In this document: positions 9,686-18,694 of the stretch, piece after piece
Numbering within the stretch: position 1 is the stretch's first letter
Layout: each line of letters starts with the position of its first letter
The notes under the pieces: model-generated
What the model was told of the DNA's origin: nothing
Databases searched by the model: none
Seen by the model: the letters and a program-made list of their open reading frames with translations, nothing else
Assembly (NCBI GenBank): GCA_902606835.1
Contig: CACLHW010000004.1
Span: forward strand, 12,676-76,675
Length of the DNA stretch: 64,000 nucleotides
Reading direction: 5' to 3'
DNA from: an uncultured Pelagibacteraceae bacterium
GTDB taxonomy: Bacteria > Pseudomonadota > Alphaproteobacteria > Pelagibacterales > Pelagibacteraceae
Made by a program: the position numbers and the translations under genes

Positions 9686-10303
9686 TTAACGTGAAACAAA
9701 ATAAAAAATTGCAACTATCAGTAGAATTAAAATTCCAATTATCCCATAAATATACTTATTTAAAAAATTAGATTTAAGTTCTTTGACCCTTTTTTTCTCG
9801 ACTACTATTCCATCATTTGAAATTTCTTTAGTTAGAGATGTTTTTTTCTGATCATGTTCTTTTGTCAAAGGATCAACTATATCAGCAAATCTACCAAAAA
9901 AGTAATCAGACATTTTTTTTGCCACTCCATCAATTAATCTGGATCCTAACTGGGCTATTTTTCCTCCAACTGTTATATCTACCTCATAAGTTAAAGTTGT
10001 AACCCCATTTAATTCAGAAAGTTTTACATCAGCGTTTCCATTTGCAAACCCAACAGATGATTGTCCTTCACCAGAAAGAGTATAACTTATATTTTCATTA
10101 ATATTAGACAAATTGATGTTTCCAGAAAAAGTTGCATTCATAGGTCCTATTTGATTTGTTGCGCTTGCATAAAATGATGTACTGCTTTCTTTAGTAAAAG
10201 TTTCACAGCCTGGAATACATTGTTTTAAAATATTAGCATCATTTAAGGCTTTCCAAACAACTTCTTTTTTTACATTTAATTTATAAGAACCTGAAAGTTT
10301 CAT
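9686..10303 (-). CDS. coxG: CoxG-like SRPBCC-fold protein with a C-terminal transmembrane tail
   Basis: 205 aa. The N-terminal two thirds look like CoxG (MKLSGSYKLNVKKEVVWKALND...). The last ~22 aa, YIYGIIGILILLIVAIFYFVSR, are hydrophobic. Confidence 0.7.
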   Translation of the reverse strand: MKLSGSYKLNVKKEVVWKALNDANILKQCIPGCETFTKESSTSFYASATNQIGPMNATFSGNINLSNINENISYTLSGEGQSSVGFANGNADVKLSELNGVTTLTYEVDITVGGKIAQLGSRLIDGVAKKMSDYFFGRFADIVDPLTKEHDQKKTSLTKEISNDGIVVEKKRVKELKSNFLNKYIYGIIGILILLIVAIFYFVSR

Positions 10304-10335
10304 AATATATAAAATAGTATATAATAAATTCTATT

Positions 10336-10581
10336 ATGGACGACAGTACAAAAAAAGAATTGCAGTCAGCAGCTTTTGAAAGATTGATTCAACATTTACG
10401 TGAACGAAAAGATGTTCAAAATCTAGATTTAATGAATCTTGCCGGTTTTTGTAGAAACTGTTTATCAAAATGGTACCGAGAAGAAGCTGAAAAAAAAGGG
10501 ATAAAAATCTCAGATCCAGAAGCTAGAAAACATGTTTATGGAATGTCCTATGAAGAATGGAAGAACAAGTATCAAAAATAA
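10336..10581 (+). CDS. DUF1244-family small protein
   Basis: 81 aa. FERLIQHL...LAGFCRNCLSKWY...YGMSYEEWK matches my recollection of the conserved DUF1244 pattern. Confidence 0.6.
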   Translation: MDDSTKKELQSAAFERLIQHLRERKDVQNLDLMNLAGFCRNCLSKWYREEAEKKGIKISDPEARKHVYGMSYEEWKNKYQK

Positions 10582-10584
10582 TTT

Positions 10585-10728
10585 TTAAATAGAAAATTCT
10601 ATAATACGTAAATTTTTTATATTTGATTCTTTTGTATTTTTAATTATAGGCAAAAATAATCCTAAAATGTAAAAAAGGATTATAACTAAAGATACTATTA
10701 ACATTGCTCTTACAGCATTTAATTTCAT
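10585..10728 (-). CDS. Candidate 47-aa single-pass membrane peptide, not in the ORF track
   Basis: I translated it by hand: MKLNAVRAMLIVSLVIILFYILGLFLPIIKNTKESNIKNLRIIEFSI*. The ATG lies 5 nt downstream of the moaB stop on the same strand. It has one clear hydrophobic helix. Confidence 0.3.
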   Translation of the reverse strand: MKLNAVRAMLIVSLVIILFYILGLFLPIIKNTKESNIKNLRIIEFSI

Positions 10729-10732
10729 AAAT

Positions 10733-11233
10733 TTATTTTTCCTTTAATCTAGGAAATAATTCAACAAAATTGCATGGTTTATGATTGATATCGAGTTGGT
10801 ATTTTAAAATTAAATCCCACGCATCTGTTACTCCTCCAGAGGAACCTGGAAGTGCAAAAATATACTTTCCATTTCTTAAAATTGCAGAAGCTCTAGATTG
10901 TAAAGTCGAAGTTCCTACTGTTTTATAACTCAATTGTCTAAAAAGTTCACCGAAGCCAGGTATTTTTTTTTCGGCTATTTCATCCAAAACTTCAGGAGTA
11001 ATATCTCTACCAGTTAAACCCGTTCCACCAGTTGTAATAATTACATCAATTTCCTTTTTTTTAGTCCAATCTAAAATAATTTTTTTTATTTCATTTTTAT
11101 TATCTTTTACTATTTTACGATCAGCAAGTTTATGTTTTTGTTCAGCAATTTTTTTAACCAGAATACTACCTGATTTATCATTCTCTATAGTTCGAGTATC
11201 AGTGATTGTTAACAAAGCTATATTTACTTGCAT
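10733..11233 (-). CDS. moaB: MoaB/MogA-family molybdenum cofactor biosynthesis protein
   Basis: Motifs are LLTITDTR and IITTGGTGLTGRDITPE. I prefer the internal ATG at 11233 (MQVNIALLTITD), which removes the overlap with the divergent gene. The ORF track start is 11290. Confidence 0.75.
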   Translation of the reverse strand: MQVNIALLTITDTRTIENDKSGSILVKKIAEQKHKLADRKIVKDNKNEIKKIILDWTKKKEIDVIITTGGTGLTGRDITPEVLDEIAEKKIPGFGELFRQLSYKTVGTSTLQSRASAILRNGKYIFALPGSSGGVTDAWDLILKYQLDINHKPCNFVELFPRLKEK

Positions 11234-11261
11234 GACTAGGTTGGTAAGATAAATAACAGTT

Positions 11262-12011
11262 ATGTTATTAGCAATATTATTTTTAGTCACTGCAGCACTT
11301 TATTCCAGCGTAGGTTTTGGCGGAGGATCTACGTATTTAGCTTTACTCCTAGTTATGGGCGTACCTTATTTTGTTTTTCCTATTATTGCTTTGACCTGTA
11401 ATATTATTGTCGTCTCAGGTAACTGTTTTAATTATATTAGAGCTGGGAATTTAAATTTAAAACTACTTACTCCATACTTGTTTGGTTCAATACCATTAGC
11501 ATATATCGGAGGATCAATACCAATTGAAAAAAATTTTTTTGAGATATTGTTATTTTTAGTTTTAATAGGAGCTGGTATTTTACTTTTATTTAATTTTAAA
11601 TCTTACGATGATAAGGAATCAAGCTACAAAAAAATTCCTTTACCGTTTGCAATTTTTGTAGGTGGAGTATTAGGATTCATCTCAGGTGTTGTAGGGATAG
11701 GAGGAGGGATATTTTTAAGCCCGATACTATTCTTATTAAGAGCAGGAAGACCAAAACATATCGTAACTGTTGCTTCATTGTTTATTCTGATTAATTCAGT
11801 TGCTGGTATTATAGGGCAGTTATCTAAAAGTAATATTTTTTTAGAAGTATTAAATTATTGGTATTTGCTAGCTGCAGTTTTAATAGGAGGGCAGGTAGGA
11901 AATTTTTTAAATTTAAAAATTTTTCCGACACGTATATTGGCTTTTGTAACTGCTTGTCTTGTTATTTTTGTAGCTTTGAGAATAGGTATTGGTCTTATAC
12001 AAAATTTTTAA
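11262..12011 (+). CDS. TauE/SafE-family (DUF81) anion/sulfite exporter-like membrane protein
   Basis: 249 aa, polytopic, with the internally duplicated G-rich motifs (GFGGGSTY ... GIGGGIFLSP) typical of TauE/SafE. Confidence 0.8.
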   Translation: MLLAILFLVTAALYSSVGFGGGSTYLALLLVMGVPYFVFPIIALTCNIIVVSGNCFNYIRAGNLNLKLLTPYLFGSIPLAYIGGSIPIEKNFFEILLFLVLIGAGILLLFNFKSYDDKESSYKKIPLPFAIFVGGVLGFISGVVGIGGGIFLSPILFLLRAGRPKHIVTVASLFILINSVAGIIGQLSKSNIFLEVLNYWYLLAAVLIGGQVGNFLNLKIFPTRILAFVTACLVIFVALRIGIGLIQNF

Positions 12012-12823
12012 AAATCATGTATTGTTGGATACATTCTAAAAGTAAATGGAACTTTTATTGGGTTAATAAATCTGTTTATTTTATTTGAAAGTAAAAAATT
12101 TCCTAATCGGGCAAAAGATAAATATTTAACATTAGTATTTGTGGAAAACCAATAAGAAGTGTATCTCTCAGCTAAAAAAATAGGTAATCTAACATTAGCA
12201 TCTTTGCAAAGATTATTTTTATTACAGTAGTCTAAACACTTATCTAACCATGGAAATAAATATTCGCAATAATTTTTAAAATGATGAACTTTTGTTATAA
12301 ACATATTGCAAATACTAAACTCGTTTCCATTAAGATAATTTTTAAATTTTTCAGCATCTTCTTTTTCTAAAAAATTTATACAATTTTCTATTATATTTTT
12401 TCCATAAACCTTCTCAAACTGTTCTAAAACAGTTTCATTTTTTAAAAAAGTAGGTTGTAAGAGAACTGAATCGCAGTTTAAAAAAATCTTATTATTTGGA
12501 TTTAGTAGATTTGAATATAAACTTTTAATAGAAAGTTTCTGTTTTTTCTCATAATAGTCATTAAGCCACAATCTTCTATGTTGGCATGAGCCAATCCAAT
12601 CATTTTCATTCTTGTTTTTTAATCTATTTTTCCATATCCAGTAAAAGCCAGTTGCTTCTGCATAATGCTTGTTCATATTAGAAATATTTTCACCATTTTT
12701 TTCAATTAACCAATGTTTTGGAAAAATATTATTTCCCAAACCTAATGGCTTTATATATGGAGGCAGCTTATCTAGAATTCCAAAATATTGTATTGCCATG
12801 CAATAAATATCTAAATTAATCAT
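12008..12823 (-). CDS. DUF4422-family putative glycosyltransferase (paralog 1)
   Basis: 271 aa with motifs ENISNMNKHYAEATGFYWIWKN and GSCQHRRLW. It is a diverged paralog of 14148-14981. Confidence 0.65.
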   Translation of the reverse strand: MINLDIYCMAIQYFGILDKLPPYIKPLGLGNNIFPKHWLIEKNGENISNMNKHYAEATGFYWIWKNRLKNKNENDWIGSCQHRRLWLNDYYEKKQKLSIKSLYSNLLNPNNKIFLNCDSVLLQPTFLKNETVLEQFEKVYGKNIIENCINFLEKEDAEKFKNYLNGNEFSICNMFITKVHHFKNYCEYLFPWLDKCLDYCNKNNLCKDANVRLPIFLAERYTSYWFSTNTNVKYLSFARLGNFLLSNKINRFINPIKVPFTFRMYPTIHDF

Positions 12824-12933
12824 ACATTTTAACTTTTATTTGTTTTCTTATAAAAAATCTATATTAGATTGATTTTATGATAAATCATGATTGCAACAAA
12901 TTTCAAAAGTATTATAAATCAATAAATATTACT

Positions 12934-13010
12934 GGCGGGATAGCTCAGTTGGTTAGAGCGCGGGACTCATAAGCCCGAGGTCAGTGGTTCGACTCCACTT
13001 CCCGCTACCA
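12934..13010 (+). tRNA. tRNA with CAU anticodon (elongator Met by default; lysidine-modified Ile2 not excluded)
   Basis: I folded the cloverleaf by hand. Acceptor GGCGGGA/TCCCGCT (G1-U72), D stem GCTC/GAGC, anticodon loop CTCATAA, T stem AGTGG/CCACT with TTCGACT loop, discriminator A and encoded CCA. Position 1:72 is paired, so it is not an initiator. Confidence 0.85.
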
Positions 13011-13023
13011 TTTTGGCTATATA

Positions 13024-14151
13024 GTGATTAAAAAATATCTACAAAAAACATTTAAAAAAATATCTTATAGTTTTTTTTTAAAAATATATGGATCAATTGA
13101 AAATTCTATAAAAATTACAGATGATAATAGAATTAATGTAAGTGATATAAAAAAACACAAGGAAGCAAGTTATAAAGTTTATACAATTGATTCTGGTAGG
13201 TTGTATACAGATCGAATTCACGACATTGCAGCGATACTTGATAATAAAATTATTGAGGGACCTTCTCTTCAATTTAGAGATGGTCCAGAATCAACTATAC
13301 AAAATTTAAAAGCTGATAATAATATTGTCTTAGAGAAAGGCACACCAAGAAAATTAAGAAAATTAGATGGAACCGTTTTATCGCTACTAACAGGCGGAGC
13401 AGGAAATAATAATTATTGGCACTGGTTATATGATGTTCTTCCAAAATTAAATTTATGTACCCAATCTTACAGTTTAACTGATATTGATTATTTCTTGCTT
13501 CCTAGTAATGAGAAAAAATTTCAAAAGGAAACATTAGATTGTCTAAATATCCCTAATCACAAAAGAATTTCTAGTAAAAAGTTTAGACATATAAAAGCCA
13601 AAAAATTAATAATTACTGACCATCCTGTTTTAACAACAGGGAATGCTACCAAAGATATACAAAATATTCCTGGCTGGATTATTAGTTGGTTACGGGAAGA
13701 ATTTACAAGCAAACTTAAAAATATTAATAAGAATAAAAAAATTTATATTGATAGATATGATGAAAAATCTAAACAAAATTTTAAAAGATCTATAAAAAAT
13801 GAAGAAGAAATTAAAGCATTTCTTTTAAAAAATAATTTTATTATAGCAAAATTACACAATATGAGTTTTACAGATCAGGTAAGTTTATTTTTTAATGCAG
13901 ACTGCGTTGTAGGTCTTCATGGTGGTGGATTTGGAAATATTGCATTTTGTCAGCCTGGTACAAAAGTTATTGAATTTAAAAGTTTAACTGCTGGAGATGT
14001 TATAAAAAATTTAGCTATACAAGTAAAATTAGATTATAATTCTATAGACGCCACATCAGAAGGAACGGACAAATATAATTTTCCCACTCAACAAGGTAGT
14101 ATTCACATACCGATTGAAAAATTAATAAAAATATTAGGAAATAAAATATGA
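13024..14151 (+). CDS. GT61/DUF563-family glycosyltransferase
   Basis: 375 aa with a GTG start. It carries the NNYWHWLYDVLPKL motif characteristic of DUF563/GT61 and the C-terminal GLHGGGFGNIAF. Confidence 0.65.
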   Translation: MIKKYLQKTFKKISYSFFLKIYGSIENSIKITDDNRINVSDIKKHKEASYKVYTIDSGRLYTDRIHDIAAILDNKIIEGPSLQFRDGPESTIQNLKADNNIVLEKGTPRKLRKLDGTVLSLLTGGAGNNNYWHWLYDVLPKLNLCTQSYSLTDIDYFLLPSNEKKFQKETLDCLNIPNHKRISSKKFRHIKAKKLIITDHPVLTTGNATKDIQNIPGWIISWLREEFTSKLKNINKNKKIYIDRYDEKSKQNFKRSIKNEEEIKAFLLKNNFIIAKLHNMSFTDQVSLFFNADCVVGLHGGGFGNIAFCQPGTKVIEFKSLTAGDVIKNLAIQVKLDYNSIDATSEGTDKYNFPTQQGSIHIPIEKLIKILGNKI

Positions 14152-14981
14152 ATAATTTAAAAATGTTTTGTTTAACTTTGGAACCCAGTCACTTAAAATT
14201 TATAAAAGAATTAAATTATATTCCAGTAGGGTTAGGTGAAAAAATTTTTCATAATAATGAAGGATGGTTTACAGATAAATTAGATAATAATATTTCAGAA
14301 AAAAATAAATATTATGGAGAGTATACTTTTCATTATTGGTTGTGGAAGAACTATATAGACTTAGATAATGTCGAAGATGGATGGTTTGGTTTTTGTCAAT
14401 ATAGAAAATTTTGGAGCATAAATGATGATAATCTTATACCCAAAACAATTAATGAGTTAAAGCCTTTAGCTTTAAAAAATATACCAGAAACATATGAGAA
14501 CTTTGATGCAGTACTAGGAAATCCATATTTTATTAATCAATTTAAGATAATGAAGTTTTTAAAAAAAGGTTTTAAAATAATAGTTAATAATCCTACTTAT
14601 TTATTTAATAAAAATAAAAGAAATTTAAAATTTCACTTCGACTTAATGCATGGAAATGGAAATCTCGATAAAGCAATTGATTTGCTTGACGATAATAATA
14701 AGAAGGATTTTAAAAATTATGTAAATTCCAATGTTTCATTTAATCCTCATAATATGTTTATATGTAAGTCAAAAATACTATTAAAAAGGTACTACTCAGA
14801 TCTTTTTCCTTGGTTACTAAAATGTGAAAAACTATTTGGTTTTAAGGATCTCAAAGGATTTGGTAAAATACGTATTTATACTTTCTTAGCAGAAAGATTT
14901 ATGCCCTATTGGTTTAATAAGAATGCAAGAGTAAAAACAATGCCAATAGTTTTTTATGATATAAGAAAAGATATAAAATAA
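14148..14981 (+). CDS. DUF4422-family putative glycosyltransferase (paralog 2)
   Basis: 277 aa with motifs NNISEKNKYYGEYTFHYWLWKN, GFCQYRKFW and FLAERFMPYWF. It has an ATGA overlap with the GT61 gene. Confidence 0.7.
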   Translation: MNNLKMFCLTLEPSHLKFIKELNYIPVGLGEKIFHNNEGWFTDKLDNNISEKNKYYGEYTFHYWLWKNYIDLDNVEDGWFGFCQYRKFWSINDDNLIPKTINELKPLALKNIPETYENFDAVLGNPYFINQFKIMKFLKKGFKIIVNNPTYLFNKNKRNLKFHFDLMHGNGNLDKAIDLLDDNNKKDFKNYVNSNVSFNPHNMFICKSKILLKRYYSDLFPWLLKCEKLFGFKDLKGFGKIRIYTFLAERFMPYWFNKNARVKTMPIVFYDIRKDIK

Positions 14982-15003
14982 AAGTAATTTTTTAATTTAA
15001 GAA

Positions 15004-16515
15004 CTAATTACCAACAACCCAGCTTTTTCTTAAATTTTTAAATTCTTCACTATTGCAAGATTCCCAAGCCTGATCTCTAATTTTTTCCAGTTCTTGTGGT
15101 GGGACTTGTGTATTTTTTAAGTTTGCTTTTGTCCATTGAAATCTATCAGGATTATAATCTAGAGGAAGATGTTTGTTTTTAATGCAATAATCAAATATGG
15201 GTGTACCTGGTACAGGCATTACTAAATAAAAATTTGAATGATCTAAGCCATAATCTTTCATTTTTCTCGCAAACTTTACTGTTTCTTCTATTTCCTTTCT
15301 TGACTCATCTGGAAAACCCAACATGTAATTTGTTCCAACATACATATTATATTTTTTAATTGTTTTAATTAATTGACCAGGATCAAATCTGTCTAAAGCA
15401 AGTTTATTTGAACACCATTTTTTTATGATTCGTGGACTTGCAGATTCAAAAGGTAATACTATTTCTTTAAATCCAACTTCAGAAAGCAACTCAATTACTT
15501 CTTCATCTGGAATCATCCATCCAGGTCTATTACTTTTTTTAACTAGATGTATCATATTGACACCATTAACATCCATTAAATCCAAGCCGAAACCTACAAT
15601 ACGTTTTAAAAGTCGAATAGCTCTTCTTTTCATTCCAAAAATTGAGTCATCCTCAATAAAAATTTGTTTTGCACCAATCTTTTCTTTTAATATTGTTAAC
15701 TCGTTTATAACTCTCTCATCTGATTTAAATCGGAATTTACCAATAGCTCCTGATTTAGAACCTTCAACTTCTTCAGCAATATGGCAGTAGGAACAAGAAA
15801 AAGGACATCCTCTTGAAGTCATCATAGAGGAGTATTTTAATTCCTCACCATGTTTTGCCTTCCCCCCATGCGGTCTTCCAATTTTCCAATATCTTTTGTT
15901 TGGCAACAATTCCCAAGCAGGTATTGGTAATTTATCTAGATCCATTAAAATTTCGCCAAAATTAGAATTGTCTACAATCTTTCCATTATTGTCTTTAAAA
16001 TATATTTTTCCAACCGAACTAAAATCTTTGCTATTCTTTCTCATAATTTTAGCTACTTGTTGAATAGCAATTTCAGATTCCGAAGTAAAAATTATATCAA
16101 AACCAGAATTAAAAAAAATAGAAGACCTGGATTTTGCATTAACACCACCTGAAAATAATAAAATATTAGGGAATTTTTTTTTAATTATTTTAGCACAATG
16201 TAAAACCTGAGTTTCTTGCTGTGAAAAAATTGAAGTAATTCCAACAGCATCGTAATTACTGGCAATTTCTAATATTCTATTATCGCTTACACCGGTTCTT
16301 ATCATTCCACTCGGAAGAACAGTGCTTTTGTAAAAAAAATTATTAATATTATCTTTATCATTACCTACGCACGCATCATAAATATAAGATTCGACACCTA
16401 TATTTTTTAAAGCTCCTGCCAAATAAGGATAGGCTAAAGATCCATTGGGCTTAACCATAGTTTTTGGCCAAGATTGTTCGGGCGGATATAAAAGCAATAT
16501 TTTAATTTGGCGCAT
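15004..16515 (-). CDS. B12-binding-domain radical SAM enzyme (class B-like)
   Basis: 503 aa. The N-terminal Rossmann-like B12-binding-type domain reads KILLLYPP...AVGITSIF...LLFSGGV. The radical SAM cluster motif is SRGCPFSCSYCHI. Confidence 0.8.
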   Translation of the reverse strand: MRQIKILLLYPPEQSWPKTMVKPNGSLAYPYLAGALKNIGVESYIYDACVGNDKDNINNFFYKSTVLPSGMIRTGVSDNRILEIASNYDAVGITSIFSQQETQVLHCAKIIKKKFPNILLFSGGVNAKSRSSIFFNSGFDIIFTSESEIAIQQVAKIMRKNSKDFSSVGKIYFKDNNGKIVDNSNFGEILMDLDKLPIPAWELLPNKRYWKIGRPHGGKAKHGEELKYSSMMTSRGCPFSCSYCHIAEEVEGSKSGAIGKFRFKSDERVINELTILKEKIGAKQIFIEDDSIFGMKRRAIRLLKRIVGFGLDLMDVNGVNMIHLVKKSNRPGWMIPDEEVIELLSEVGFKEIVLPFESASPRIIKKWCSNKLALDRFDPGQLIKTIKKYNMYVGTNYMLGFPDESRKEIEETVKFARKMKDYGLDHSNFYLVMPVPGTPIFDYCIKNKHLPLDYNPDRFQWTKANLKNTQVPPQELEKIRDQAWESCNSEEFKNLRKSWVVGN

Positions 16516-16548
16516 TTAGGGAGAGAATATACTTTAATATTCTGTATT

Positions 16549-17085
16549 TTAAAAACCTTTATAAGTTTTTTTAAAATTTAAAAAAGTTCCCCATTGAGTA
16601 TCTCTTTTAGCAAGAATTGGTTTGTTTGTTGGCCATTTAAGCTTTATGCTTTTATCGTTCCATAAAATTCCACCTTCATATTTAGGTTGGTAATAATTTG
16701 AAAGTTTATAATAAATTAAATTTAACTTTGAGAAACTGTAGTAAGCGTGTCCAAAACCTTCAGGTATATATAGAGATTTACAATTATCCTCGGACAAAAT
16801 AATGCTAAAACTTTTACCAAATGTTTTTGATTTTTTTCTAAGATCAATAACACAGTCTAAAATTTTTCCTCTTAAAACCGTTACATATTTTGCTTGTGGG
16901 TATTTAGAATTGAAATGAAAACCTCTTAAAACATTTTTTTTTGATAAAGTGGCATAATCAAAAATTAAATCATCCCATTTTATAATTTTTTTTCTGAAAG
17001 TTTCTCTTAAAAACCCTCTAGAGTCACCGATTTTTTTTTGAATTATAATTTTTAAACCTTTAATTTTTGTATCTATTACACGCAT
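16549..17085 (-). CDS. rfbC: dTDP-4-dehydrorhamnose 3,5-epimerase
   Basis: 178 aa cupin with DSRGFLRETF, LRGFHF and IPEGFGHAY motifs. Confidence 0.85.
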   Translation of the reverse strand: MRVIDTKIKGLKIIIQKKIGDSRGFLRETFRKKIIKWDDLIFDYATLSKKNVLRGFHFNSKYPQAKYVTVLRGKILDCVIDLRKKSKTFGKSFSIILSEDNCKSLYIPEGFGHAYYSFSKLNLIYYKLSNYYQPKYEGGILWNDKSIKLKWPTNKPILAKRDTQWGTFLNFKKTYKGF

Positions 17086-17095
17086 AAATTATAAA

Positions 17096-17812
17096 TTATC
17101 TTATTATTTTTTTGAGTTTTGACAAGTTCATATATGGATTTAAAGGAAAATTATATGTAGAATTTTTTTTAATAAATATTTTTTTAACCTTAGGATTGTA
17201 TTTTTTTGCAAAATCATAAACAGTTTTTGTTTGGCCCCCCACATTAATAATTCCTTTTTTATCCATAATTTTAATTAAAATTTTTACCAAATCTTCATGA
17301 AAAAGAAAATTTAACTTAACATTTGCAAAAGCCTTTTTATGAATGAACGGTTTTTCAGTCATGCTTATTCTAAGTATTAATGAGTTTTTATACATTTGTA
17401 CCGCACATTCCCCACCCATTTTTGACCATGCATAATTATTCCAGGGAAGAATAGGATCTTCTTCTCTATAATTACCTTTTTTTCCTGGGTAAACGTAACT
17501 TGTAGAAAAATAAATTAATTTTATATTCATTTCTGAACATATTTTTACTAGGTTTGATGTACCAATAATATTTAGGCTTATACTTTTACTTATATTTGTA
17601 TCATGCATAGCCATGGGTCTAGATAATGCAGCAAGATGTAATATAGACTGAGGCTTTTCTTTTTTTAGAAATTTCTTAATAGAATTTAAATTAGTAATAT
17701 TTAATGAGCTTTTACTTGGATAAATAAATTTGTACTTAGATTTCACTTTTTTAAGACTTTGAGCAAATCTTCCGCTACCACCAGTAACAACTATTTTATT
17801 TTTAATGAGCAT
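17096..17812 (-). CDS. rfbD: Short NAD-dependent sugar reductase/epimerase, probable dTDP-4-dehydrorhamnose reductase
   Basis: 238 aa with the VTGGSGRFA Rossmann motif and YAWSK catalytic YxxxK. It sits between rfbA and rfbC and is shorter than typical RmlD. Confidence 0.55.
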   Translation of the reverse strand: MLIKNKIVVTGGSGRFAQSLKKVKSKYKFIYPSKSSLNITNLNSIKKFLKKEKPQSILHLAALSRPMAMHDTNISKSISLNIIGTSNLVKICSEMNIKLIYFSTSYVYPGKKGNYREEDPILPWNNYAWSKMGGECAVQMYKNSLILRISMTEKPFIHKKAFANVKLNFLFHEDLVKILIKIMDKKGIINVGGQTKTVYDFAKKYNPKVKKIFIKKNSTYNFPLNPYMNLSKLKKIIR

Positions 17813-18694
17813 TTATTTTTGATCTTTTTTAATCAAGGTTGATAAGTATTGTGAGTAATTACATTTTCCGTAAAATTTTATTGCATTTACTATATTTTTC
17901 TTATTAATCCATTTATTATTAAAAGCTATTTCTTCTAAGCATGCTATTTTAAGACCCTGTCTATTTTCTAAAGCCGATACGAAGGCTGATGTATTGTTAA
18001 AATCTTCAATAGAACCTGTATCCAGCCAAGCACCTCCACGACCAATAAAATTGGCTGAAAGTTTTTTTCTTTTTTTGTATTTATTTAATAAATCAACAAT
18101 TTCAACTTCTTTTCGTTTAGAAGGTTTAAGATTTTGACTATATTCAACAACTTTATTATCAAAGAAATAAAGTCCTGTTATCGCTAAATTGGAAAAATAC
18201 TTTTTTGGTTTTTCAACAATTTTTAATATTTTATTTTTTTTATTTATTTTTGCAATTCCATAAAGAGAGGGATTTTTTACAGGATGTAATAAAACATTAG
18301 CACCAGATTTTAGTTTAATACACTCTTTTAATCTATTTGTAAGACTTTGCCCGTAGAAAAAATTATCCCCTAAGATTAAGGCAACATTTTCTTTTCCAAT
18401 AAATTTTTTCCCTACAACAAAAGCATCGGGCAGACCCTTTGGATAAGATTGTTCAATATATGAAATTTTAATTCCCAAATTACTACCGTTTGGTAAAATT
18501 TTTTTAAACTGACTTAATTGTCCTTTATTAACTATAATTAATATATCTTTTATTCCTGATAACATTAAAATAGAGAGAGGGTAAAAAATTAAAGGTTTAT
18601 CGTAAATTGGTAGCAGCTGTTTATTTACAGCTTTTGTTATAGGACTCATCCTTGTACCAAAGCCTCCAGCTAAAATAATTCCTTTTTTAATCAT
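17813..18694 (-). CDS. rfbA: Glucose-1-phosphate thymidylyltransferase
   Basis: 293 aa with GIILAGGFGTRMSPIT, LGDNFFYG and the C-terminal RGGAWLDTG. Confidence 0.9.
   Translation of the reverse strand: MIKKGIILAGGFGTRMSPITKAVNKQLLPIYDKPLIFYPLSILMLSGIKDILIIVNKGQLSQFKKILPNGSNLGIKISYIEQSYPKGLPDAFVVGKKFIGKENVALILGDNFFYGQSLTNRLKECIKLKSGANVLLHPVKNPSLYGIAKINKKNKILKIVEKPKKYFSNLAITGLYFFDNKVVEYSQNLKPSKRKEVEIVDLLNKYKKRKKLSANFIGRGGAWLDTGSIEDFNNTSAFVSALENRQGLKIACLEEIAFNNKWINKKNIVNAIKFYGKCNYSQYLSTLIKKDQK

Noticed and set aside
15425-15790. 121-aa plus-strand ORF inside the radical SAM gene
   Set aside because: It is antisense to a motif-supported gene, and its serine/isoleucine-rich composition is typical of the reverse frame of AT-rich coding DNA.
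17769-17780. CTTCCGCTACCA, which resembles the 3' end of the tRNA (CTTCCCGCTACCA) and could be an attachment-site repeat marking an integrated island
   Set aside because: It is a one-base-deleted 12-mer lying inside the Rossmann GGSGR motif of the rfbD-like gene on the other strand, and there is no integrase anywhere. I consider it coincidental.
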